DNA from: Sphingobacteriia bacterium
Lineage (GTDB): Bacteria > Bacteroidota > Bacteroidia > Bacteroidales > 4484-276
Direction of reading: 5' to 3'
Assembly (NCBI GenBank): GCA_009930115.1
Contig: RZYY01000002.1
Span: forward strand, 1 to 54,441
DNA length: 54,441 nt
A program made the position numbers and the translations under genes. The notes beneath the pieces are model-generated. The model worked only from the letters and a program-made list of their open reading frames with translations. It was not told the DNA's origin and did not search any database. Below, one piece after another: positions 35,316 to 44,157 of the stretch. Positions within the stretch are counted from its first letter, which is position 1; each line of letters begins with the position of its first letter.

Positions 35316-37136
35316 ATGAAAAGACTCCTTCAAATTTTCAGATACATTGGCAAATATTGGGGTTATGCGACATTAAATGTGCTTTTTAATATTCTGTCAG
35401 TGATATTCAGCCTTTTTTCCCTTACCATGATAATCCCGTTTTTACATTTACTCTTTGATAAGACCAAACTGGTTTACGAAGCTCCTGAATTGGCTCTGAA
35501 TGTTGATTCGCTGGTAGCTTATTTCAATTATCTGATTAGTTCTGTCATCATTGAACGGGGCGAGGTTAATGCTTTGTTATTTATTTCCCTCATGGTGGTG
35601 GTAATGTTTTTTATCAAAAATTTATTCCGCTATTTAGCCATGTTTTATCTTGCTCCGCTGCGTAATGGTGTAGTACAGGACCTGAGAAATGACATTTATC
35701 ACCGGATTTTGATACTTCCGATCGCTTATTTTTCGGATCAGCGAAAGGGTGATATCATGTCGCGTATTACCAACGATGTGAACAATGTGGAATGGTCAAT
35801 TATGCAGTCGCTCGAAATGCTTTTTCGTGAACCGATTTCCATAATAGTTTTTATTATTACCCTGATTACTATCAGCCCTTCGTTGACCCTTTTTGTTGTC
35901 ATGTTGCTTCCGGTTACCGCATTTCTCATTGCTCAAATCGGGAAAAGTCTTAAACGCACTTCAACAAAAGGTCAAACCAAACTTGGCGTCATTTTGTCGA
36001 TTGTTGAGGAGACCATCTCCGGATTGCGAATCATCAAAGGATTTAATGCAATTGAAACAGCAAACGAAAAATTTACGGAGGAAAATTCAAAACTTACCCG
36101 GATCATGAACCGCCTGTACCGCAAACGTGATCTGGCTTCACCGCTGAGTGAGTTTTTAAGTACACTGGTTTTGGTTGTCATCCTCTGGTATGGCGGACAA
36201 TTGGTGCTAAGCGCTGAGTCATCACTTGAACCTACTGTATTTATTTTTTATGTAGTGGTGTTTTCACAACTCATAGTTCCGGTAAAAGCATTTACTGTAG
36301 CCTGGTACAATGTGCAGAAAGGCGTTGCTTCGGCCGAACGCATTGACGAAATTATCACTGCCGAAGAGGTGATTTTGCAAATTCCCGATGCAAGAGAAAT
36401 TCATGAATTCAGAAAACTAATAGAATACAGGAATGTCAGTTTTGCATACTCGCATGAACCAGTGCTCACAAATATTAATCTACGCATCGAAAAAGGGAAA
36501 CTGATTGCGCTTGTAGGGGCTTCGGGAAGTGGCAAATCCACTCTGGTTGACCTTTTACCCCGGTTTTACGATTGCACTTCCGGTGAAATTTTTATTGACG
36601 ATATACCTATAAAAAATCTGCGGATTGACCATTTACGGGGACTCATGGGCATTGTAACCCAGGAGACCATTCTGTTCAACGATACTGTTTTCAATAATAT
36701 CGCTTTTGGAATGAAGAACGTAAATGAAGATCAGGTGATTGCGGCAGCAAAAATTGCCAATGCCCATGAATTTATCGAAAATATGCCCAATGGTTATCAA
36801 ACAAATATAGGTGACCGGGGTGTAAAACTTTCGGGTGGGCAAAAACAGCGTATCAGCATTGCCCGCGCAGTGCTCAAAAATCCTCCGGTAATGATCCTCG
36901 ATGAAGCAACTTCGGCACTCGATACCGAGTCGGAAAGACTCGTTCAGGATGCTTTGCTCAGACTGATGAGAAACCGGACTTCAGTCGTCATAGCCCACAG
37001 ACTCTCAACCATTCAGTTTGCCGATGAAATTATCGTACTGGACAAAGGAAGCATTGCCGAACGAGGGACACATGCATCGCTGATGGCCGGAAATGGAATC
37101 TATAAAAAACTCTGTGATATGCAATCATTCCGTTAA
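35316..37136 (+). CDS. ABC transporter, fused permease/ATPase (MsbA-like exporter)
   Basis: An N-terminal six-TM domain is present. Walker A is GASGSGKST, the signature is LSGGQKQRISIARA and Walker B is VMILDEATSALD. Confidence 0.9.
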   Translation: MKRLLQIFRYIGKYWGYATLNVLFNILSVIFSLFSLTMIIPFLHLLFDKTKLVYEAPELALNVDSLVAYFNYLISSVIIERGEVNALLFISLMVVVMFFIKNLFRYLAMFYLAPLRNGVVQDLRNDIYHRILILPIAYFSDQRKGDIMSRITNDVNNVEWSIMQSLEMLFREPISIIVFIITLITISPSLTLFVVMLLPVTAFLIAQIGKSLKRTSTKGQTKLGVILSIVEETISGLRIIKGFNAIETANEKFTEENSKLTRIMNRLYRKRDLASPLSEFLSTLVLVVILWYGGQLVLSAESSLEPTVFIFYVVVFSQLIVPVKAFTVAWYNVQKGVASAERIDEIITAEEVILQIPDAREIHEFRKLIEYRNVSFAYSHEPVLTNINLRIEKGKLIALVGASGSGKSTLVDLLPRFYDCTSGEIFIDDIPIKNLRIDHLRGLMGIVTQETILFNDTVFNNIAFGMKNVNEDQVIAAAKIANAHEFIENMPNGYQTNIGDRGVKLSGGQKQRISIARAVLKNPPVMILDEATSALDTESERLVQDALLRLMRNRTSVVIAHRLSTIQFADEIIVLDKGSIAERGTHASLMAGNGIYKKLCDMQSFR

Positions 37137-37174
37137 GATTTGAACTATATTTGTAAAAACACAACCATGAGTAT

Positions 37175-40153
37175 ATGTTAAATCAAAATTTAATCACAAA
37201 GAAATCGCCGCTGTATTCACGAAAATATGTGTATTCCGAAACGCCGTTCAATACCCTGATGAAAAAGCGTATTTATCATGTTTTGCTCATCGCAAGTAAA
37301 TACGACGCTTTTATTCTGGAAGATGACGGCCGGATTGACGAGCAGATTTTTAATGAGTATGTGTCGCTTAACCTTCGTTATCCACCGCAGTTTATTCAGG
37401 CAAATGACAATGTTGAAGCAATTGAACTGCTGGAAACTGAAAGTATTGATCTTGTAATATGTATGACCAGCACTTATGAAGACCAGCTGATCTGCGAAAT
37501 AAAAAAGCGAAAACCGCTGGTTCCGGTGGTTTTACTTACCCCGTTTTCACGCGAAATATCCATTCAGCTTCATTCGGGAAAAATCAAGGGCGTTGATTAT
37601 GTTTTCAGCTGGCTTGGTAACGCTGACATTTTGCTTGCGATCATCAAACTGATCGAAGACAGCATGAATGTTGAACATGATGTGATGCAGGTGGGCGTTC
37701 AGGTAATTTTACTGGTTGAAGATTCGGTCAGGTTTTATTCTTCCTATCTTCCAAATATTTACAAAATCATTTTTAAGCAATCAAAATCTTTTGTAACAGA
37801 AGGTTTGAACGAGCACCAGAAAATGCTCAGAATGCGCGGACGACCAAAAATTTTGCTGGCTACTACCTATGAAAAAGCAGATGAACTTTTTCATAAATAT
37901 AAGAACAACCTGCTTGGCGTAATCACCGATATGACGTACCAGCGAGAGGGCGTTCATGATAAAGAAGCCGGTTTGCATTTTTGCCGGATGATTAAAGCAG
38001 AAGATAAATACATGCCGATTTTACTTCAGTCCTCCGACATTGGTGTCAAACAGCTGGCAAAAAAGCTCAGGGTGGGATATCTGAATAAAAATTCACCTAC
38101 TTTATCAATCCAGTTACGTGATTTCATTTCGGAGTATTTTGCTTTTGGTGATTTTGTTTTTGTGGACCCCGAAAACAATCAGGAAGTGCATCGGGCCAAA
38201 GACCTGAAACATTTGCAGGAAGTATTGTTTGATGTGCCCGATAATTCTTTCCTTTACCACATCAGCCGCAATCATATTTCAAAATGGCTTAAAGCACGGG
38301 CATTATTCCCTCTTGCCGATCTTTTCAAGCAATTTCAGCCGGAAGACTTTGCCAATCTTGACGAAATTCGCCGATACCTTTACGATGCTATCTCCAAATT
38401 CAGAATGTACAAAGGCAGAGGTGTAATTGCTGAATTTCACAGGGATCGTTTTGACGAATACCAGACTTTTACCCGGATCGGTGAGGGCTCAATTGGTGGC
38501 AAAGCACGAGGTCTGGCATTTCTCGATTCACTGATCAAACGAAACCATCTGATCGATTTTTACGATAATATCATCATTACCATTCCACGAACTGTTGTGC
38601 TTGGTACCGATGTTTTTGATGAATATATGGAAGAAAACCGGCTTTATGAAATTGCACTTTCAGGAAAACCTGATCAGGAGATTCTCGAAAAATTTGTTAA
38701 GTCAAGGTTACCATTCCGTATCCATGAGGATTTATATACTTTCATTTCAATCACAAGAAATCCCATAGCCATACGATCGTCAAGTTTGCTTGAGGACTCA
38801 CATTACCAGCCCTTTGCAGGTATTTATTCCACTTACATGATTCCGAATATTGTGGATGACGAAAGATTGATGATCGAAAAACTGAGTATGGCTATCAAAA
38901 GTGTTTATGCTTCGGCATTTTACAGGGACAGCAAGGCCTATATGACGGCTACGCTGAATGTGATTGATGAAGAAAAAATGGGAATTGTTCTTCAGGAAGT
39001 CTGCGGAAGTCAGTATGGTTCAAGATTCTATCCGACAATCTCCGGTGTGGCACGTTCGGTTAACTTTTATCCCATTGAACCCGAGCAGCCGGAAGACGGT
39101 ATTGTCAACGTTGCTTTCGGTTTAGGAAAATATATTGTTGAAGGGGGTAATACGCTCCGTTTTTCACCGAAATATCCGAAAAAGCTGCTTCAACTGGCTT
39201 CACCACAAATGGCACTCACTGATACGCAACCTACATTTTATGCTTTGGACCTGAGACCTGAAAGCTTTGTTGCTTCCACGGATGATGCGGTAAACATGCT
39301 GAATTTGAAAATCAGCGAAGCCGAAAAGGATAATTCACTGAGATGGGTAGCTTCCACTTATGATTACAATGCCAACATGATTCGTGATGGGGTGAATTAT
39401 CCCGGAAAAAAAATCATAACATTTGCTAATATACTCAAAAACAATGTTTTCCCGCTTGCGCAGATCGTACAGCAATTGCTTGAAATCGGCTCGCGAGAGA
39501 TGAATAAAGGCATTGAGATTGAATTTGCTGTAGATTTAAATGTTCAGAAAGATCAACCGGTGATTTTTTATCCCCTGCAAATCAGACCCATAGTCGAAAC
39601 CAAAGAAGTACTTGGTGAAGACCTTGAACACATTCCGGCTGAAAAAACGATCATCAAAGCAAATCATGCTCTTGGCAATGGGAGAATAGATTCTATTCAC
39701 GATTTTGTTTTTGTTAAACCCGAATCATTTGACCCGGCGAAAACAAAGCAAATTGCGCAGATGGTAGCGCAGGTCAACGACAAGTTTCTCGAGGCAGGAA
39801 CAAATTACATCCTGGTTGGACCGGGACGATGGGGTTCAACTGATCCGTGGCTTGGAATTCCCGTAAAATGGCCACAAATTTCAGCTGCCAGACTCATTGT
39901 GGAATCCGGATTAAAAAATTACCGGATTGATCCAAGCCAGGGAACCCATTTTTTCCAGAATCTTACGTCATTCAGGGTAGGCTATTTTACGATCAATCAT
40001 TTTATTAATGATGGACATTTCGATTTGGATTATCTGGGGAATTTTTCTCCTTATTTCGAAAATGAGTTTATCAAACATATTCACTTTGATAAACCAATTG
40101 TAGTAAAAATCGACGGGAAGAAAAAAATGGGTGTCGTTATGAAAATGGATTAA
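37175..40153 (+). CDS. Protein with two receiver-like domains fused to a PEP/pyruvate-binding (PPDK_N, ATP-grasp) domain and a large C-terminal region of unknown function
   Basis: The receiver-like domains contain YHVLLIASKYD.. and VILLVEDS..LLGVITDMTY. GGKARGLAFL and IAIRSSSLLEDSHYQPFAGIYSTY parallel the PpsA/PPDK nucleotide-binding domain. No GGxTSHAA phosphohistidine motif is seen. The start is uncertain, with an alternative Met at 37259. Confidence 0.7.
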   Translation: MLNQNLITKKSPLYSRKYVYSETPFNTLMKKRIYHVLLIASKYDAFILEDDGRIDEQIFNEYVSLNLRYPPQFIQANDNVEAIELLETESIDLVICMTSTYEDQLICEIKKRKPLVPVVLLTPFSREISIQLHSGKIKGVDYVFSWLGNADILLAIIKLIEDSMNVEHDVMQVGVQVILLVEDSVRFYSSYLPNIYKIIFKQSKSFVTEGLNEHQKMLRMRGRPKILLATTYEKADELFHKYKNNLLGVITDMTYQREGVHDKEAGLHFCRMIKAEDKYMPILLQSSDIGVKQLAKKLRVGYLNKNSPTLSIQLRDFISEYFAFGDFVFVDPENNQEVHRAKDLKHLQEVLFDVPDNSFLYHISRNHISKWLKARALFPLADLFKQFQPEDFANLDEIRRYLYDAISKFRMYKGRGVIAEFHRDRFDEYQTFTRIGEGSIGGKARGLAFLDSLIKRNHLIDFYDNIIITIPRTVVLGTDVFDEYMEENRLYEIALSGKPDQEILEKFVKSRLPFRIHEDLYTFISITRNPIAIRSSSLLEDSHYQPFAGIYSTYMIPNIVDDERLMIEKLSMAIKSVYASAFYRDSKAYMTATLNVIDEEKMGIVLQEVCGSQYGSRFYPTISGVARSVNFYPIEPEQPEDGIVNVAFGLGKYIVEGGNTLRFSPKYPKKLLQLASPQMALTDTQPTFYALDLRPESFVASTDDAVNMLNLKISEAEKDNSLRWVASTYDYNANMIRDGVNYPGKKIITFANILKNNVFPLAQIVQQLLEIGSREMNKGIEIEFAVDLNVQKDQPVIFYPLQIRPIVETKEVLGEDLEHIPAEKTIIKANHALGNGRIDSIHDFVFVKPESFDPAKTKQIAQMVAQVNDKFLEAGTNYILVGPGRWGSTDPWLGIPVKWPQISAARLIVESGLKNYRIDPSQGTHFFQNLTSFRVGYFTINHFINDGHFDLDYLGNFSPYFENEFIKHIHFDKPIVVKIDGKKKMGVVMKMD

Positions 40154-40172
40154 CTGCATTTCCTGCGTTTTT

Positions 40173-40210
40173 AAAAAAAAACTGCCGGTTTGATCCGGCA
40201 GCTTTTTTTC
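40173..40210. terminator. Rho-independent terminator, A-tract/T-tract flanked and potentially bidirectional
   Basis: The sequence is A8-CTGCCGG-TTTGAT-CCGGCAG-CTTTTTTT, directly after the stop at 40153. Confidence 0.75.
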
Positions 40211-40600
40211 ATAAGATAGAGTAAAATCTGATTAAGATGTGAGAAACGATGATGAGCTGAGTGAGTGAAACAAGTGTTGAATTAGCTGATACTGTTGGGT
40301 GGGGCCTCCACAAATTAGTCTGCAACATCAAAAGAAAAGTATAAGCAGTACAGAAAAAATCAGCGAAGTTTTAGTTTATGGTCAATAGCAGAAAATCTTC
40401 GCGAAGGTTTGCCCAGCCAACATTTTGTTACTTCAAAGTGAAGAATCATCGTTGAAGAAATAAACAAGCAGTTACAAGTAGCAGTTACAGTTTAGTACAA
40501 AAAGAACGAGAATTACATTAGCAGTTTCATCTTATGCAGATTTCCCAATTAAGACCACTGTTTTGGCTAGGGTTGCCCGAAAAAGATTTTTTTTTCGGTA

Positions 40601-43600
40601 TTATTTTATCATTTTTTTTGTTGAGGTGTTTCCCGTTTCCATCTCTGTGAAACTAACAAAATAGATTCCATCAGGAACTTCTTTGGTCTCAATCCCGATC
40701 AGATTTTGCCCGGGAGTAAGAATTATATTTCGTTGGATGATTGTCCGGCCTGTGATATCTGATACCCGGATTTCAGCTTTGCAACTACCTGAAGAAAAGA
40801 CTTTGATGTAACAATTATCGGATACAGGATTGGGAAAAATCAGCCAATTATCAGCATCAGGTATTGGTGATTCAACCACTGAGGTAGCGCCGGAGTCTTT
40901 CATTTCCAGCTCTATATCCTTCGCTTCCTGGTTGTCCTCCGTAAGGGTTACAAGTGTTAAATTACAGATTTTTCCGGCTGATTCGGCTGCCAGATAGTAA
41001 ATTCCTAAAGGCAGATCAGGAAATGTAAATTCCCCTAACTCGCCGGTAAAAGTGTAATCCTGAGGTTCCTGCATTTCATCAAATAGCAGGACAACTGTAT
41101 TTGCAGAAGCAATGATTTGTTGATAATTTGCTGAATCATATTTTACAAAACCTGAAATGCTGCCTGGTCCTTGTTCATAAGTGGATGTTTGCCCGAGATG
41201 AATATCAAGGTGATAATGATTGGAATCGGCAATGTAACATAAGTCGGCGTTTTGCCAGATAAGCTCATCTCCGAAATACGTAGGGAAGTAGTCCTGACGA
41301 TGATTTGAGTAATTGGTAAGTTGTGCTTTGATTAAATAGTTGTCCTCAAGCAGATACAGGGCATAGTAATAGCCCATTTCGGTAAAATAGGAAGTGTCGA
41401 GAGAGAAAACCTGATTGTTTTTGTAACGATAAAGTTGGACTTCGGCAGTATCGCCGGTTGGACCGGGATTGTTAATAGGAAACAAGCCGGTGAAAACAAA
41501 TCCGCCGATATGAAGATATTCAGGTGAGCTGAAAGCAATGGTTTTGGTGTCTGAACATGAGGGTCCGTAAGGATTAAATTGGTTGATGGTTAGGTTTACC
41601 TGATAATTTCCGAAATCAGTAAACTGATGAGAGGGATTTTGCTGGTCAGAGAAAGTTCCATCACCAAAATCCCATAACCAACTGTCGGGTTGTCCTTCCG
41701 AGATGTCTGTAAAATGGAAAAGATTAGGTTTATTCACTCCCGAATCAGGATGTGCGGTAAAATCAGCAATGCAGGCAGGTAAAGGAACAAAGACGTAAAT
41801 TTGTTTTGAAACAGAATGATTGCACCAAACCAATGAATCGGTATGAGAAATGCTCAGTGTTACCATGTACATACCGCTGTCAGCATAAATATGTTCGGGA
41901 TGCTGCAGTGAAGAAGTGCTGCCGTCACCAAAATCCCATTGCCAGGTGTTCATGATTCCCTGAGATAAATCGGTGAATGTAACTCCAAGAGGTTGGTCTT
42001 CAATCAGTGAGAAGTTAAAATCAGCATTGCATAAAGGTTCATATTCGATTTGGATTTCTTTGCAGAATTCGTCACTGCAGGCACCAGAGTAATCATTTAT
42101 ATTAAGACAAACATTATAAATGCCGCCACCGGTGAAGTAATGAACCGGATTGTTCAGACCTGACCCTGTTTCATCGCCGAAATCCCAGTTGCGCAATACT
42201 ATTTCACCGGACGAAAGATCGGCAAATCTGACGGAAAGAGGATTAAAGACGGAAGGTAATTCCATAAAACTTGCCAAACAAACCGGCTCACTGCTTATGG
42301 TAATCGTTTTCCAGAATTGATCGCTGATGCCGGTTTCGGAATCAAGCAGGTGAAGGCAGACTTCATAGATCCCTTCTGAAGAATAATGGTGATATGGTTC
42401 ATCTTCGAAAGAAGTTGTACCATCTCCAAAATCCCAAATAGTAATATCTTTTTTGCCAATGGAACTATTGACAAATTGCACTGCAAGCTGATCTTCAGGG
42501 TAAGTAAATGCTTTAAATCCTGACTGAAGGGGAATGTCAGAGGCAACGGTGATGATTTTGCAGTAAAGATCGCTGACTAATCCGAGTGAGTCTTCAACTG
42601 TCAGACAAACTCTGTACAGACCAGCCTCAGAATATACATGTGTGGGGTTGGGAAGAGCTGAACCTGTTCCGTCGCCAAAATCCCATTCAAATGCACCGGC
42701 ATTTGGTCCTGACGCATTGGTAAAATGGCAGACCAATGGATTTACAGCATCAGGCATCCAGGTAAAAGCAGCTTTGCAATCCTGAACTATATCTGCATAA
42801 ATTATTGTGCAAAAACTGGATATGATTTGTTCTTCCTGATCGCTGACAGTAAGACAAACTTCATAAGTACCTGCATTTTGATAGGTGTGAAGCGGGTTTT
42901 TCAATTCAGAAGAGGAACCATCACCGAATTCCCACATCCATTTGTCGGGATTTCCTTCGGATAAATCCGTGAAACGCCAGGTTAAAGGGTCTTCTTCAGA
43001 AGAATAGCCTTCGAAAAGTGTAATGAAAGATGGTTGTGGCTTTATTATTTTTGTGTAAACAAAACTGTCTTCTTCATTTTCATATTGGTTTCCGGTTGTC
43101 AGCCGGATTGAATATAGTCCCGGATCAGTGTATGTATGCACTGGATGTTGTAGTTCGGAGGATTGCCCGTTGCCAAAATCCCAATGCCAGTAATCATTGT
43201 TCTCCGAGGAAACATCAATAAAATGCAATGTCATCGGGTCCACTGGATCCGGAAATGTCAGAAATGATGCTTCACGCAAACTTACCGGTGCAACTTCAAG
43301 AGTGTACGAAATACTGTCGGTAAGATTTCCTGGTTTGGTTACAGTCAAACCGACAACATAAGTTCCGGGTATTACATAAGTGTATTTTGGGTTTTGTACG
43401 GCGCTGGTGCGGCCATCACCAAAATCCCATTTCCATTGATTAACATTTCCCAGTGAGAGATCGTAAAACTGTACAGTGGAATTTGTACCGGGAACAGGAT
43501 AATAAGTAAATCGAGCCAGTATGAGTGTGTCATCGTTTGATTCAATGCCATTGCAATAAGTGTCGGTGCAGGTTCCGTTATCGCCCTGAATGGTCAGACA

Positions 43601-44152
43601 AACTTCGAAATCCTTTTCTTTCTGATAATAGTGCACAGGATCGGACAAAGTTGAGGTGGTTCCATCGCCAAAGTCCCAGTTCCATGTTGTTGGATTCCCA
43701 AGCGAAGTTTGTTTGAAATGGAATTTGTTGTTCTCAACAGGATCTTTGATGTAGATGTAATCGGCGATGCAAACGCTGGTCTGTTGATTATTGCAAATTT
43801 CGAAAGTGGTGGTGAGGCTGGTCTGGGCCGGATTGAACTGCAGGTTATGGATAATCAGCTGGTTGTTACAATCGATGGTGGAAACCGTGATTGCTCCTTT
43901 GGTAAAAGGAACATCTAATACAAAGCCGAAATACCCGAACTCGTTGGTAAAGGTATGGTTGAAATACAGAAAAGGAGGTTCCTGGTTTTTACATTTAACC
44001 GAAACCAGATGATTTTCGACCGGATTGCCTGTGTTCAGCAATTTGACGTACCCCGAAACAAAAATCTGTGAGTCATTGGCTGTGAGAAGTATCGGTAATA
44101 GCAATCCAAGCAAGATACTATAAAATGGCATTTTCATTATCAAAAAAATCAA
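40601..44152 (-). CDS. Nine-PKD-domain T9SS cargo protein with CarboxypepD_reg-like end domains
   Basis: Nine W-x-W-DFGDG-t-S cores are present (WNWDFGDGTTS, WKWDFGDGRTS, WHWDFGNGQSS, WMWEFGDGSSS, FEWDFGDGTGS, TIWDFGDGTTS, RNWDFGDETGS, WQWDFGDGSTS, WLWDFGDGTFS). The T9SS CTD reads LIFPNPVSDNCYIKV..GIYFVSF. Confidence 0.85.
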   Translation of the reverse strand: MIFLIMKMPFYSILLGLLLPILLTANDSQIFVSGYVKLLNTGNPVENHLVSVKCKNQEPPFLYFNHTFTNEFGYFGFVLDVPFTKGAITVSTIDCNNQLIIHNLQFNPAQTSLTTTFEICNNQQTSVCIADYIYIKDPVENNKFHFKQTSLGNPTTWNWDFGDGTTSTLSDPVHYYQKEKDFEVCLTIQGDNGTCTDTYCNGIESNDDTLILARFTYYPVPGTNSTVQFYDLSLGNVNQWKWDFGDGRTSAVQNPKYTYVIPGTYVVGLTVTKPGNLTDSISYTLEVAPVSLREASFLTFPDPVDPMTLHFIDVSSENNDYWHWDFGNGQSSELQHPVHTYTDPGLYSIRLTTGNQYENEEDSFVYTKIIKPQPSFITLFEGYSSEEDPLTWRFTDLSEGNPDKWMWEFGDGSSSELKNPLHTYQNAGTYEVCLTVSDQEEQIISSFCTIIYADIVQDCKAAFTWMPDAVNPLVCHFTNASGPNAGAFEWDFGDGTGSALPNPTHVYSEAGLYRVCLTVEDSLGLVSDLYCKIITVASDIPLQSGFKAFTYPEDQLAVQFVNSSIGKKDITIWDFGDGTTSFEDEPYHHYSSEGIYEVCLHLLDSETGISDQFWKTITISSEPVCLASFMELPSVFNPLSVRFADLSSGEIVLRNWDFGDETGSGLNNPVHYFTGGGIYNVCLNINDYSGACSDEFCKEIQIEYEPLCNADFNFSLIEDQPLGVTFTDLSQGIMNTWQWDFGDGSTSSLQHPEHIYADSGMYMVTLSISHTDSLVWCNHSVSKQIYVFVPLPACIADFTAHPDSGVNKPNLFHFTDISEGQPDSWLWDFGDGTFSDQQNPSHQFTDFGNYQVNLTINQFNPYGPSCSDTKTIAFSSPEYLHIGGFVFTGLFPINNPGPTGDTAEVQLYRYKNNQVFSLDTSYFTEMGYYYALYLLEDNYLIKAQLTNYSNHRQDYFPTYFGDELIWQNADLCYIADSNHYHLDIHLGQTSTYEQGPGSISGFVKYDSANYQQIIASANTVVLLFDEMQEPQDYTFTGELGEFTFPDLPLGIYYLAAESAGKICNLTLVTLTEDNQEAKDIELEMKDSGATSVVESPIPDADNWLIFPNPVSDNCYIKVFSSGSCKAEIRVSDITGRTIIQRNIILTPGQNLIGIETKEVPDGIYFVSFTEMETGNTSTKKMIK

Positions 44153-44157
44153 ACGTT

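Noticed and set aside
40601-44152. The nine PKD repeats, considered as a hypervariable or DGR-type target or as a recombining DNA repeat array
   Set aside because: The repeats are diverged at the DNA level. No near-identical template/variable repeat pair and no reverse transcriptase are present in the window.
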